Part shown: one piece after another, positions 12,898 to 24,785 of the stretch
How the letters are laid out: every line of letters starts with the position of its first letter
Position numbering within the stretch: the first letter of the stretch is position 1
Assembly: GCF_036321535.1 (NCBI RefSeq)
Contig: NC_087436.1
Span: 84,012,001 to 84,076,000, forward strand
Direction of reading: 5' to 3'
Source of the DNA: Camelus dromedarius
Lineage: Eukaryota
DNA: 64,000 nt
The notes under the pieces: generated by a model
Told to the model about the DNA's origin: nothing
What the model saw: the letters and a program-made list of their open reading frames with translations, nothing else
The model's database searches: none
Translations under genes and position numbers: made by a program

Positions 12898-15199
12898 GCT
12901 AGCATTGATTCAGCGTAGTATCTAACAGCCTAAACTGTTATTCAGAATTACTAGCATGGCATAGTTACTGCTGTGAACCAAATGGGTTAATTTGTACTTA
13001 CTATAGTTTAAATATATTCTGTTTTTACTCTATTTCTTGGAAAATTGGTGGTTTATGTACAATAATTCTTACCTAATGAGACTATCCAGTTATACAGTTT
13101 CCTGTCATTCTGAATAAATGGGCACTGGCTATATCTTTGTTTCCATCATACTATGTGGTGACGTCATACTCCAATTTTAAAGATAATTTTATTTATCACA
13201 CCGGAATTGGCCAATGCCTGGAAAGGTTACATCTGTAAAGTAAACATAGAACACTAAGGAGCCAAGTGGAGCCCTGATGATTTGTTTACATTGAACATTG
13301 ATTTTTTAAAACCTCATTTCCCTGTTTTGTTACCGATGGAAGTGGAAAAAACAATAGAATCTCTCAATGAAAAAAACTCCCAGATTACTCAGTTGTAAAA
13401 ACAGGTCCTTGACATTCTTCCTGTTCATCTAGGGAGATACTGACATCCACTTTGTTACCTTTGCCTCTGGAGTAGGAGGGAAGGTCATTCATGATATGAT
13501 GCTTGGATGTTTCTTCAAACACAGCAGAGTAACAGATAAAAGGAAATAGCATGTGGAGTTGGCATGGATGGCAACTGTCAATGGGAGGAGAGATTACACC
13601 ATACACATCTGTGATTATAGGTCATTTTCCTTCATATTCTAATATTTATAACTTTATTCAAATAGCAAGTAAACATTAGCATTTTCCTTTTGTTCCCAAC
13701 AAGTGTTCCTGGTAATACTGTGACGACAAGGGTACTTTTTGATTCACCTTGGTTACCTTTGAATAATAATTAATGGAAATATAGATGACTAGTCAAATAT
13801 TTTATTACTTACCTTAGAAATTGATAGTTTTACAACTTTACATTAGATAGAAGAGTACAAACAAGTTGTAGTCTTTCAAGAAATGTCTATGGAATTTTAT
13901 CTCATAATCTTGGAATTGTCATTCCTGAGTTGAGTTCATCAAGTCATACTTGATTTAAATGGCCTATAAATTGAAAAATTAGAAAAACAGTCTTTTAACA
14001 TGTTCCTGTTTAGTGGCTGGATCTTCTTTTGGTCTTTTAAGTAAAAGCTTAAAAAGAAGATGGATGATGCATTTTCCCAGTACTCTTGAAAAATGTATAA
14101 TGATTTAAATTGAACAGAATTTCACAAAATATCAGATGCACTGTCTCCTTTTAGTAGACTCTAAATGTGGTACATAGGAGATACTCTTTTAGCTGCTACT
14201 ACGGATATGAGATTGGATATTGATTTATCAATACTTTTTTTATTAAAGCCATATGTTTTATATGTTTATATACACAGCATATTCTAAAAGTGTTTATTGA
14301 TATCAGGAGAGCAAGAATTTAAATTCTCTACCAAGTGGTATGTCAAAGTGAGTCCTTCTGGACCAGACTTCACTTCCCAATTACATTGGCAGTAACTTGA
14401 ATTGCAAAAGCTCTGCTTAAATGATTGAGATATGATTCCTACAGAGGCAGGGATCCCTGATGGACTTTATGAGGTTTATTCATGGTTTCTTAAGAGGGCA
14501 TTTACCTTGGAAAGTAGTTAATAGCACAGACTGTCATATCCAACTGCCAATTCCTCTTGGCTCAATCTGTAAAATATATCCAGCATCTGAAAACTTGTTA
14601 CCATTCTGCCCCCACTCTTCCAGGACACCATCCCCTCTCACTTGGATTGTTGCCATAATCTAACTGATTTCCCTGTTACTATACTGCTCCCTCTAGGTTC
14701 AGTCTCAACACAGAAGCAAGAGCAATCCCTTGAAAACATGAGTCAGATAATGTTGTTCCTCAGCTTAAATCCTTCAGTGATAGCCCACATCACTCTGAGT
14801 GAAAGCATAAAGCATTATCACAGCCTTCACTGTTCTACAGAACCTGCTTCCCTCTCCCCATCAGCTCTGTGACCTCTTATCCCATAAACTGCCCCCCTCT
14901 CCTTTCCTCTAATCCCTCTTCTCCAGCCTCACTGGCCTCTTCAGTCTTCCTGCCTCAGAGCTGTCTCCTCTTCACCAAATATCTCCATTGTCTACCCTCT
15001 CATTGTTTTCAATTCTTTGTGCAAGTGTTTCACATGTTATGTTTTCAATGAGGCTACCCTTTACCCCCATCTTACTCCACTCTTCAGCCCTTTAACATGT
15101 TTTTTTCCCATTTACTTTTTTTTTTTATTAATTTTATTTTTTCTCGATATGTTTTTGATTTGCAGTGTTGTATTAGTTTCTGGTGTATAGTATAGTGAT

Positions 15200-15204
<5 letters not shown>

Positions 15205-15252
<48 letters not shown>
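15205..15252. repeat. (TA)n microsatellite
   Basis: Perfect TA run inside the L1 3'UTR. Confidence 0.97.
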
Positions 15253-15255
<3 letters not shown>

Positions 15256-15464
15256 TATTTCATTACAGGTTACTACAAGACATTGAACATAGTTCTCTGT
15301 GCTATGCAGTAGGACCTTGTTGTTTATTCTTTACATAGTTTGTATCAGCCAATCCCAAACTCCCAAATTATCCCTCCCTCTCCCCTGTGCCCCCTAGTAA
15401 CCATAAGTTTGTCTCCTGTATCCATGAGTTTCTATTTTGTAAGTTCGTTTGTGTCATTTTTTAA

Positions 15465-16685
15465 TTTTTTTATTATTTTTTCTTTCACAACTGAGATTTT
15501 ATTGGTTGTTTTGAGGATCAGTACAAACATTTCAATTTGTACACAATTCTTAACACACACACCAAAAATCATGTAGTTGTGACTCTTTTCCAAACAGTTA
15601 TTCCAGTGACTTTCCAGCTGAAAATTTGAAAGCAAATTTTCCTTAACAGGGTATCAAGTACCAGTATCATCCAATGTTGATATGCTGTTACATCATAAGT
15701 CCCACCAATTCACAATTTAATATCATATACACTACATACTAAAATTTTCAATCGTTCACAGCACACTAACAAAGTTACTAGGAAAACTGGACTACCACGA
15801 CCAAAGATGTTACAGAGTACACAAAATTCCGATAGAGGAGAGCCAAGATCAAGGAGTGGTTTGCTTTAGGAAACAATTCTACCAAAAACAATATGGGAAG
15901 AGAAGTAATTTAAAGTGTTCAAGACATTAAATGCACAACTGACTCCATACTGCAATTTAATTATGCTCTGTATTACAGGATATAAAAACTAACCCCCTAT
16001 CTGTGGAATGTTAAGCTGACACTGAAAACAATCAAAGCCTCCCATATTCAATATCCCACTATTTTCTGGTTGTATCAAAAAATAAACAACCAGCAAATTA
16101 TTTCACCTCTTAAAAAAAAGCATTTACACTTAAAAAATGGGATGAGGTGGGATTCCCTCCTTCTTGAAAATGTTTCTAGAGCTACTAAAAAACTTGCATT
16201 TACAAAATAGTTGATAAAAATATTCCTCTGGATTGTACAAGAAGGGAGACAGGGACGACTGATAAGCCCAGGTGTATGCTATTAATCAGAGTTCGCTTCT
16301 TTCTCTCCTGCTTCATCTCATTTTTAGTTTCTCCGTTTTCTGCAGGTAAATCTTTTGTCTCTTGGTTAGCCACTTCGGCCTGTTTTCCCTTTGCTCCCCT
16401 TTTCCCTTTTGTTTGCACTTCTTTGAAGATTTATCCTTTCCTGCCGCCTTTTTGGGCTTTGTTTCCACTTTCGCAGAAGCAGGTTTAGCGGACAACCTTG
16501 CTGATCTCCTCTTGGGCTCCTCTTTCGCCGCCCCCTCGGCGGAACTGACCTTCCTCTTGGGCATCATGGCAGCGGGGCAGGAATGTGCCGGGTGCCTGCG
16601 GGCCGCGGCGCGCTGAGAGCCTTCGCGAAGCTGGGCTTCGTGGCCGCTGCCGCTCCTCCCACCACCCGAGCTGCTGGGATCCGCC
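15465..16685 (-). pseudogene. HMGN1: HMGN1 processed pseudogene (near full-length mRNA retrocopy)
   Basis: Intronless CDS remnant 16564 to 16282: MPKRKVSSAEGAAKEEPKRRSARLSAKP...GKDKSS, frameshift, VQTKGKRGAKGKQAEVANQETKDLPAENGETKNE, deletion with frameshift, EAGEKEANSD*. GC-rich 5'UTR, about 800 nt 3'UTR, AATAAA at 15503-15498, polyA remnant. 15-bp direct repeat TGTGTCATTTTTTAA at 15450-15464 and 16686-16700. Confidence 0.95.
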
Positions 16686-19337
16686 TGTGTCATTTTTTAA
16701 AGAGTCCACATTTAAGTGACACCATATATTTATCTTTCTTTGACTTACTTCACTTAGTATGATAATCTCTAGGTCCATCCATGTTGCTGCAAATGATACT
16801 ATTCCATTTCTTTTTATGGCTGAGTAGTATTCCAGTTTATATATATGTCACATTTTCTTTATCCAGTCATCTGTCGATGGACATTTAGGTTGCTTCCATA
16901 TCTTGGCTATTGTAAATAGTGCTGCTGTGAACATTGGGGTGCATGTGTCTTTTTGGATTAGAGTTTTCTCTGGATGTATGCCCAGGAGTGGGATTTCTGG
17001 ATCACATGGCAAATCTATTTTTAGTTTTTAAGAAACCTCCATACATATTATTTTTATATCTTCCTTTTTCTCTTTCATTAAAATATGAATTTCATAAAGA
17101 AAGGGATTTGACTGTTTTGTTCATTGATGTACCCTCAGGGCCTAGCACGTTATAGATGTTCAGCAGATATTTCTTAATGAATGACTGAATCCATTGCTAT
17201 TTCATGACAGTGGCAGAAAAGAGTGCTTTGGTCACCATAACATGGGCCACTACCTTCTGCTGAAATGTGGTATCTTTGAGGGGGCACAAATAAACAGTTC
17301 CCCCTGCCTGGTCTAGGTCTAAACCAATTGATAAATAAAGCTAAGTTTCAGCAGAAAGAGGACAGAGTATCAACTTGTTATTGAAAGGACCAGTGAAAGG
17401 ACATGCTTATGTCTGTAAGCAAGTCAGTTACATCAGACTGAATCCCCAAATTAGGCGCGTGTATCTACAAAGCAACACTGGACCACAGCAAACCTCTCCG
17501 AACAGGAGTGGAATGAGTTCCCAGGGAAGCAGAGAATTCTCACTCCCCAGAATAAGGAAAGAGGAAGGAGCTGGGCTAGTCATGCAGTTTCTCCTTCCAA
17601 ATTCACAAATAACATATTTTTCTTCTTGGAGGTGAGTGGGAGGTGGAGCAGTTGATGGGATATAGTAGAGAAATGTGTGGTTAGAGGATGGAGCGGGTAG
17701 GAAGTTTTACCCTAAAAAGTATCTCTTCATACGGAAGAAAACATCAGGCATGGGGAAGAAGCACTGTCCTCTAATGGTATCTGTACTGTTCTTCTCTTGA
17801 TTTTTTTTTTTTTAAGGTTAGAAGTAATAGATCTCACGTATTTGGAATTGTCACTTTTGCTTTCTGCAAACCCAGAGATTAATAGGGATTTGGGCTTCAT
17901 CTGAAGGTTCAGGGAATGATGGAAGGAGTTTAGCAAGCTGGTGACATGATTAGATATGCTTTAGTAAGATCACTGGTGGGAGGGTGGAGAATGTTGGAGA
18001 GGAACAAGACTAATGCCATGTGGCCACTTGGAGGTTGTAGGTGTAATCAGATAAGAAGCAACTAGGGCCTGAATGAAGGAGAGACCAGGAGGAAAGCAAC
18101 CAGATTCTAGAACTATTAAAGAGGTGGGGCCTCAGGACTCAGTAATCACTCTGTATGAAGAGAAAGAGAGGAAGCATCAAGGATGTCAGTGTTTCATTAG
18201 GGCAGTTTTAATGGAGTCCAAGCGGAGAAGCAGTGGGAGGTGACAGAGGAAACACTAAGGACCCTGTAAGAACCATCAGTGAATGGGTGGTGAGACTTTG
18301 AAGAGTGGCCAGAGGAAACCAGGGTGAAGAAGGGTTTTAGGATGGGAGCCTTATTAGCAAGTTAACGTGATGATGAGTGGAGAACAGAGAAGAGAGGCAA
18401 AGGGAGAAGGAAGAGAGAGGATAGGAGATGTCTGATAGAGTAAGGACCCGTGGAGGTAGGATGCGGAGTCCTCTATATACAGGCTGGATAGGAAAGAGGC
18501 AGATACAGGGAGGAATTCACAACTCTCTCCTCCTATGAAAGCAGCATCAGAGCAGTGATGAACAGATGCTGAATGAATTAATGAATCAACGCATGAAAAG
18601 ATGCATTACATGCTGGACACATTCAGGCAAGCCCCAAACAGCAGAACTCTAACAAAGGCGGGCATGTTCTCAAGATAGGTGGGGTGGACCTCTAGTGGCC
18701 AAAAAGGAAACCCAGAAATCTAATAGCCAAGAACAAAACTGGAATAAAACAGCTGGGAAAAATTTAATTACAAAAGAACAAACAGATAAAAGCCTTGCTC
18801 TACAATGCTGTCGATCTACTTGTATATAATTTTTGCTGTGTTGTTCCTTATCAGTAGGGTTAATGGCATATGCCTTAAGAATTCAGTTTTATAAATAACT
18901 ACTTAGAGTGAATGGCTTATGGAAATGAAGCCAATAATCTTTTAATTATGATTAAAACTTTAAAAAAAATACCTGCAGGAGGGGACTAATTACTTATGTG
19001 TGGAATTTCATGTACAAGCTAGATAAGATAAAAGTATTTATACATTTTCAAATAGAGAAAAGGGGAAGAGACAATGATAATCAAATGAGCCCTTGTATGC
19101 CAAAGTCTCAAATATGATGAAAACAGTGAATGTAAAGATATCAGCAGCAACAGGATTTTTTAATTAAAAATACAAAACTATAAAGAACGTTGAAAAAAAC
19201 TTCAATCCTTTAAAGTTAATAATCATATCCTAATGTCAAGTTACTTTCAGTAAACTAGGGAACAATTATTTGTTAATGTAAACAATAATTCTTTTAGGAG
19301 CCTGAGTGTTTTCTAAAGGAGATCAAATTGAGTGTAT

Positions 19338-19486
19338 GCACCCCCCAGGCCTGGGGGTGGAGGCTCACCCTGTCTCATAGACACATGACAGAGAGTGTAC
19401 CTCTGCCCCCTGGGCCCAGGGGTGGAGGGGAAACCCATCTGCTCGTAGACACATGACACAGGGTGACCCTCCACCCCCAGGCCTGG
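19338..19486. repeat. Palindromic tandem repeat of about 60-70 bp, left array
   Basis: About 2.5 units of CCACCCCCAGGCCTGGGGGTGG-like core plus TAGACACATGACA linker. Confidence 0.85.
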
Positions 19487-19984
19487 TGTCTGATTGACTG
19501 ATTAACAACTCAGATTCCCTGCACTCTAGTCGATTGAGAGCTCAGGTGTCTTGCATTCTGGATTTTTCCTTTTCCTTTCCCCTTCCTCTCCCTTTGCCCA
19601 ATGCTCATTTCAATCTAAGCTACCAATGAGTCCCTCCTCTAGTCGTAAGACCCCAAATCTTGGGGACGTGGAGAGCGAGGACCGCTCTAGCTACTTCCTG
19701 CTCATCTGGGGTGATGATGGAGCTCGCTGGGGTCCCAGACTAGCTGGCTGTCCTTGGGCAGGATGTGAGTGCAGGGTCAGTGTTCATCGAGGGGCTTGTA
19801 TCTAAGTGGTCTTGGCTGGTTGCTTGATTACCTTGTTATATCATTATCTGAAGTTTATCTCTAGACAAGAAGAAACACTTTTCATAAGAAGTTTGAAAAG
19901 ATAGAGGTCAAATATATAGAGCTAATCCTAGCCAAAGGACAAGAGGGACAAACAAGGGTCTTAAAAAACATTGATTTCTGTGCT

Positions 19985-20880
19985 TTCTGTTGGTTTAGGT
20001 TTTAGAAAGCAGATGTCGCAGTGTTAGTCCAGTGAACTAAAGGAGGAGTCAAAAGGGGGACCCTAATGTCAGAGACATTTTCAATTAGTGTTTAAAAACA
20101 GTCTGGTGGGGGCCCTAAAAGAGAAAAGATTTGAACCAGGAGACATTTAAGAAAGAGGTTTATCTAACAGGGATCCATAGTCCCCTAGGGCGATGGAACA
20201 GTCTCACTGGAGTGTTGCTTGGAAAGCAGTCGCAGATCACTAAGAGGTTCAAAGAATATGTGGCTCCCATTGGTGAACCAGATCTCATCAGGGTTTTCCA
20301 GGCCTTGGTCGCTGAGACCTGTTCTAGCTCCTAGAGAAATGGATGGGTCTCATGACATAGGTGAAAGGGAAGAGACTCCTCTGGTGATGGTAATAGTGTG
20401 TAGCTGGATTGAGTGTGCCACAGAGACAGCGACATCTGGGTTTTCCAGTAATAATGCCTGATACTGAAGAAGCCGAGCATCTGAGAGCCAGAAATGTCCA
20501 TTGCCATTTAAAGGTCAGAAACTTGATGGTTAGTGTATGCTTGTATAGGGGCCCCCAGAGTTAGCTTAAAAGCTTCCTCCAGGAGAGTGGAGAGGGCTCC
20601 CAACACTCTTAGGCAGGAAGGCCAGCCTCGAGCAGTGGGATCTAGCTGCATGGAGAGGTATCCCATAGGCTGTTGGGTAGGACCCAGCCATTGGGTGAGG
20701 ACCCCCAAGGCTATTCCTCCTCTCTCATGAACATAGAACTGGAAGGGCTTTGTGGGATCTGGAAGCCCCAAGGCCAGGGATCTTACTAGGAGATTTTTTT
20801 TTTTTTTATCCTTCCATTGCTTCCTGTTGGGAAGGACCCCACTGGAGAGGTCTTCCCAATCATCTACCCCTACGGCCCCT
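19985..20880 (-). mobile_element. Inverted ERV pol fragment (RT connection domain and RNase H start, joined to a probable integrase end/env start)
   Basis: Minus-strand translation: LALGLPDPTKPFQFYVHERGGIALGVLTQ...YLSMQLDPTARGWPSCLR...LLEEAFKLTLG, QALLLENPDV, TLNPAT, ENPDEIWFTNGS, EPLSDLRLL. Confidence 0.85.
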
Positions 20881-20884
20881 TCTG

Positions 20885-21765
20885 GGCAGCTGGGGATCCA
20901 AGATCCCCATGAATCAGCTCATGGATCTGGTGTTTAACGTATTTAATAGAGACATGGCTAAAGAGGCAAAAAGGATTCAGGGACAACAGCGAAAGGCGCA
21001 ATTCTCAGTGGCAGCCTTCATCTCTGCACCACCTCAGAGTTACCCTCCACCAAAACCCATGGTGAGGACAGGATCCAGGATGCCTGCATCAGAGCCACTG
21101 TCTCGCCTAAAAGGGACCTGCTTTAAGTAGTCAGAAGGGCCACTGGAAAAACAAATGCCCCATGTATGGGAAAAGTCCACCAGGACCCTGCCCCATATGC
21201 AAAAAGGCCACTGGAAGCAGGACTGCCCCCAGTCCCGAAGGGGGCTTGGGGCTCCCAAACCAATGACTGAGATACTAAAGACTGAGGGGGCCCGGGACCC
21301 TCCCTGGCTTCCCAGAGGACACCGGGTCATTTCTCCGGTGGAGCCTTGGGGAACCCTTGACGTGGCAGGTAAAAAAGTCGTCTTCTTATTAGATAAGGGA
21401 GCCACCTACGTGTGCTGACTGATTTCCCTGGACCCTTGTCCTCCCAATCCTGTGTAATAATGGGGATCAATAGAAGGCCCCAAACAAGATGCTTACTAAA
21501 AATTTACTTTTACACGGGAGTTTTTGCTGGTGGCTGTGCCCCATCCCCTCGTTTGGAAAGGACCTACTTGCTCAGTAAATCCCAAGAAATAATCCCATTC
21601 AAAGACCCTTACATGAAAGAAACGCACCAAAAAAAAAAAAAAATCTATTCTTGGCTTTGGGAGCCTGCCTCAGTTCCAAGCCAGAACAGGTCTCCCTTCC
21701 ACCCCATACTGATTCTCAAGTAAACCCTGCTGTCTGGGAAACTGAGGTCCCTGACAGAGCTACTA
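20885..21765 (+). mobile_element. Degenerate ERV gag C-terminus, protease and RT start
   Basis: PMNQLMDLVFNVFNRD; two degraded CCHC knuckles (GTCFK...GHWKNKCP; PCPIC...GHWKQDCP); gag stop context GAC TGA GGG GGC; protease LDVAGKKVVFLLDKGATY (DTG>DKG); VNPAVWETEVPDRAT. Confidence 0.87.
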
Positions 21766-23820
21766 TTGTCAGATTATCATCAGAAATGGGACCACGTGAG
21801 GCTACAGGCAAGCCTCTTCAGATCAAAGGCCAAACCAAGAGCCTAAATTAAAAAACTTCTCAAGCCCAGGAAGGCTCCTCAAAAGTGTTCATAAATAGAT
21901 GGCCAAATGGGAGGCCATCGGTTGGACTAAATTGACCATAGCCAAAATTCGGAGCCTAATAAAATTTTATGGAAATCTCTCCCCTAAGCTAAATGAGAAA
22001 AAACAAAACTCTTTGTTTTACAAATCTAGTCTTTACAGGACCAGAGGTGTGGCTCCAAAAAGGATACAAAGCCCACCAACCCTTCCACCACTCCCAACAC
22101 CTCCCCTATGTATTTATCTTAAATATAAAAAAAAAAAAAAAAAAAAAAAAGAGAGAGAGGCTTTTTTTCCTGGCCTTTAAAAAACAGTCTTTCTAGGAGA
22201 AACTTGCCTTCCTATGCCTTTGAGATACAAATATTCTACCTTGCCTTCTCCAGGAACTCTGATCTCACCATCATTTTAAAATGCAAATTTCAAAAAAAAG
22301 GGAGGGGGAGAGGTAAATAATTTGGAACTTAATTGCTAAGGACAAGTAAAAATTTTATCTCTTTTTCATAAATATTAGTAAAAAGGCTTAGTCATCTAGA
22401 TGGGCAACTTTGATTTGTTCTATCTGCCAAAAACCCCAGTTTGAATCCAACCTCTTCTGTAGCCAATGGGTTTTAATTTGTTGTATCTGACTCATGACTA
22501 AAATTTTAAAATGAAAACTATAAGGTGTCTGGTTTGTATGTCACAGATGTATGGTATTGGCACAATTAAATGGTAAAACAGCTCTTTAACTGGCTGAAAG
22601 GAAATTAAGTACTTCTATAAATACTCAAACATAGAGAAAATTGGCCAAAATAAATTTCAGGTTCACGTTATCTAAAAAGGATTCAGTACTGGTATCGGTA
22701 TTGATACCGATAGCTTAAGCTTGTTGGTTTAATTAATATACACGTCTTTAGAGACCTCAGTGTTAAGTATGATAGTGCGGTTGGGCCCAGGCTTACTAGA
22801 GGGCAAGCAAAACTTTATTGTATCTGTTACAAAGTTGTCAACAAAAGAGGTAACTCAATGTAAAAAAACTTTTAAAAAGTAAACAAAATAACAGATTTGG
22901 GGTAAACTCTATAGGAGTTTTCTTTTGAAAGTATCTACCTAAAAGTGTCTCTCCAAATTTTGGTACTTAAAACTTAAAACTAAGTTAAAACGTTCACTGA
23001 CTATCTGTGTCATTTATAAAATTTTAAAACATTAATTGCTGGGCAAATCTAAGTTTATCTACCTTTGGTTTAGGAAAGAGGAAAAAAAAAAAAACCTAAA
23101 ACATAAGTTTCCAGTCAGGAAATGGTTTCTGCCAGAGACTTAAGGTTTTTGAGGGTTACAATGATAATATATGTAATTAAAGCTCCTAAAATAAGTATTT
23201 CAGTATACAGTAGGAAAGAAAGATGTATGTTTGCAGTAAGAGTTTCATAAAAAAAAAACTATGAAAAAAAGTAAAAGGTTCCATGCATAGTCAGGATTTT
23301 AAATAGCTAACAAATTCAAAAAGTTCTTTGTAGCCCCAGCTAACTTTAAGATGCTTTAAAGAAAATCTGAGATATCTCGGATATTAAGGTAATTTTTCTA
23401 GGATTATTTAATTTGTTAAATATAATCAGCCCTAATTCTAGTAATTACAAACAAATCTCTATCAATTACAGATGTTCAACCAAGCCTGTTAAGTCTTTTT
23501 GTTGTTACAGACTGTCAAGTTGTTACAAAGGTGCTTCATCTTCAAAAAAATTCATCAGAAGTCTATGGAAACAGTGGATTACAATAGTCCCCAGGTCAAG
23601 TGATGGCTATGCAAAGATTCCAGCCCATACGCTCAGCTCTCTGGACCCAAAAACAAAAGGCTGTCCTGCCCCTGGGCCCCTAGATTAGGCATTCAGAGAT
23701 TTTTTACTCCTTGATAGGCAGGGCCAATGCCCCTACTCAGCCTGAAAGTAGTTTCAGAAGACAGACCATCCCCCATTACAACTCCATAAGACTATGGGAG
23801 TAAAATCTCTGAGAAGGGAA

Positions 23821-24330
23821 TAAGACAGGAAGGGGGCAGGGCACAGCCATTCAAGGAATAACACAGCAATTGATACCAGAATGGTGAAAGATTCAATCCC
23901 CAGTAGGACTTGAGGCTCAAAATGGTAGGAGTTTTGACTTCTTGTAGACCATGAGTGTCATTATATGCCCATTGTAATATATTGGCATGGTGAATAACAC
24001 GCCCACAGGCGCCACGACAGTCCCAAGGCTAGCCACAAAAGGTCAAAGAGTGGGAAATGGCCAATTTCCTGAGAATCCCAGCCCTTTCCCCAGATAAGTT
24101 AGACTGATCCTTCCACTTATTAACATATAAAGCAAGGGAGCCCATAAAAACTGGCAACAGTGAACCTCGCGGCCACCACCGCATCTCTCTCCCTCTTCAA
24201 AGATGGCCCCCACCCTGTCTATGGAGTGTGTACCTACTTTTACTCTAATCTGAGCACCCAAACCCCACAACTCATGGCCTTTCTCTTGCCTCTTGATGTA
24301 TCTCTAAATAAATCTACCTTTAACTAACTA
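23821..24330 (+). mobile_element. 3' LTR (U3-R only, U5 missing)
   Basis: Clearly homologous to the LTR at 25074-25701 up to CTCTAAATAAATCTACCTTTA, then replaced by TAAG/TAAA repeats. Confidence 0.85.
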
Positions 24331-24336
24331 AGTAAG

Positions 24337-24371
<35 letters not shown>

Positions 24372-24437
24372 ATGAAAGATAATTTGTCCCTCATATGAGC
24401 TGAGGTCTAAGTTAGGCCTGGAGGTGGATGTACACCT

Positions 24438-24742
24438 CTATAATATACATGCTTTATACATATATGTCTCATATAATACATGTGTATATATAACATAATA
24501 TATGTATATATTACATTATATAGTATATGTTTATATACATGTATATATTATATAATATACATATCATACATATCCATACACAGACATGTGTATACGTAAT
24601 ACATATATTATACATATCCATACACTGACGTGTTCGGATACACACGTACCCAACATTATATATGTATATATGTATATATTATATTTGAATACATACATAT
24701 ATTATATAATATACATATTATATATATACATATACATACACA
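24438..24742. repeat. TA/CA-rich low-complexity tract
   Basis: Degenerate (TA)n and (TACA)n. Confidence 0.9.
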
Positions 24743-24785
24743 GACCAGTGTATTTATTTGTACACGTAAAACAGACCCAAAATAC

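Larger units (their letters stand above)
15116..17046 (-). mobile_element. L1 3' end, split in two by the HMGN1 retrocopy
   Basis: Typical L1 3' motifs (gtaggaccttgttgtttat; tctaggtccatccatgttgctgcaaatg; gatggacatttaggttgcttcca) on both sides of the retrocopy; polyT at about 15116-15142. Confidence 0.85.
19487..24373 (+). mobile_element. Rearranged class I (gamma-like) ERV remnant with truncated 3' LTR and (TAAA)n tail
   Basis: Leader-like region, inverted pol block, gag C-terminus, protease, AT-rich internal region, purine tract gagaagggaa at 23811-23820, then an LTR from 23821. Confidence 0.8.
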
